From contig MCFE01000386.1 in the NCBI GenBank assembly GCA_002104905.1, forward strand, positions 19,467 to 83,466: a stretch of DNA of 64,000 nucleotides, in the 5' to 3' direction. Source of the DNA: Basidiobolus meristosporus CBS 931.73 (lineage: Eukaryota; Fungi; Basidiobolomycota). Each line of letters begins with the position of its first letter. Positions within the stretch are counted from its first letter, which is position 1. Position numbers and translations under genes: made by a program. Positions 62,526-64,000 of this stretch are shown here, one piece after another. A model generated the notes under the pieces. That model was not told where the DNA came from, did not search any database, and saw only the letters and a program-made list of their open reading frames with translations.

Positions 62526-64000
62526 AGATCCATAGTTCTGATTATGTTGGCTGACAACTCCCACTGAATATGAGATATCTGGACATGTTCCAAGCATGAT
62601 ATACATCAGACTGCCAGCCATAGATTGATAAGGAAAGTCAGGGCTTTCAGATGGCACCAAGCTCTCTTGATTTGGTTGAGTTGTGACCAAGTTAAGGTTT
62701 GTCTCCATTGGGGTAGCTGCCGGTTTACAGTCTTCCATTTTGTACTTCTTTAGTATATCTTGAATATACTTGGATTGGCTTAGGGTAATAGTCTGGGTAC
62801 TTCTGTCTATGGAGAACTTAATCCCTAAGTAGTAACTAAGTTCTCCTAGACTGGACATCTTGAACTCCTTAGATAGGCTGGATTTAGTCTCTTCCAATGT
62901 TGCTAGGTTATTGGTGGCTACAATAAGATCATCCACATATAGAGCTAATAGAACTGGATTTGCTCTATCTGGCTTATAGTATATACTATAGTCAGCATTA
63001 CTTCTTTTGAAACTCAAAGATTCCAAATAAGAATCTATCTTGCAATTCCCGGCTCTTGTTGATTATTTGAGACCATATAGTCACTTTTTAAGCTTGCGGA
63101 CCAAATGGGTGTTATCTTGGTCAACAAACCCATCAGGCTGGTCCATATACACATCCTCATCAAGTTCTCCATTCAAAAGTGCAGTTTTTACATCTATTTG
63201 ATGAATAAAAAACTTATATTTGGCTGCAATAGCCAATATTAATCTGATGGAATTAAACTTGGCTACCGGTGCAAAGGTCTCAGTGTAGTCAAGTCCTTTT
63301 ATTTGAGAGTATCCTTTGGCTACAAGTCTTGCTTTGTATCTTTCAATTATGCCATCAGCCTTGTATTTTGTCTTGAAGACCCATCTGCATCCAATTGATT
63401 TTTGGTTGATTGGTAATTTGACTAAGTCCAAAGTTTGATTTTCCATCAGGGCCTGATATTCCTCAGTCATTGCAGATCTCCAAAACTTTGTCTGAGGGCT
63501 ATTTAGGGCCTCTTTTACAGTATGGGGCTCATCAATATGGACTGAATAGGCATAGGCTAAGTTTGTACCCTCATTAATATAGTAATTTTGGGCTATTTCT
63601 TGTCCAATTGGATCTCCGGGCATTTAATACTGGAATGATCACTTCTGGGATATTCTTGGGCACTGATTCTGGCTGAACCACGGTTGTAGAGTCCTCTGGA
63701 GTGAAAAAAGCTTCATTGTTTTGCTCTGATTCCAATCCTGACAATTGGTGGACTTGGGATCAAATTTTGTCATCATCTGATGTCATTTTTGGTGATAATT
63801 TTGAATTTTCATCAAACAACACATCCTTGGACTTGATAAGCTTCTTTGCTTTGGTATTATAGAGTCTGTATGCCTTACTCTCATTGCAGTAGCCCAAAAA
63901 TTTGCATTTTACACTTTTGGCTCAAATTTTGACTGATTTCCGCCCAGTTTTTGGCATATGCTGTACACCCAAATATTCTTAGATGCTCTGCACTTGGTCT
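62526..64000 (-). mobile_element. Copia element 3: partial integrase C-terminus and RT, interrupted by element 2 and running off the window edge
   Basis: Near-duplicate of about 58780-60250 (YKARLVAKGYSQIKGLDY, LALYVDDL). Confidence 0.92.

Overview
Gene-dense eukaryotic DNA with 50-70 nt GT-AG introns and CTRAY branch points, most likely from an early-diverging fungus. FANCD2, a dual histidine kinase, a 7TM-RGS protein and a bacterial-type gene suggest Zoopagomycota/Mucoromycota, e.g. Basidiobolus-like (inference). Bases 1-55.8 kb hold about 22 protein genes: dual hybrid histidine kinase, 7TM-RGS, FANCD2, Ran, GYP1-like Rab-GAP, two giant multicopper oxidases, DED1, URA3, NuiA-like, GND1, UBP6, GVP36, AcpS, TRM10, a coiled-coil membrane protein, MEX67, a CreA/Mig1-like zinc finger, a mitochondrial carrier, a GPI protein and SEC22. 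From about 55.9 kb to the end is a CpG-depleted nest of one Ty1/copia family that has repeatedly inserted into itself. The standout is a tandem pair of intronless, ~1340-aa, six-cupredoxin-domain multicopper oxidases resembling the Bacillus Mn(II) oxidase MnxG. Both keep the full copper-ligand set, carry eukaryotic signal peptides and TATA boxes, show patchwork gene conversion, and have no mnxE/mnxF partners in the window. Three single-base frameshifts (MCO copy 2, URA3, the coiled-coil gene) look like assembly indels and need checking against reads. All family assignments come from motif recognition; no database search was run.
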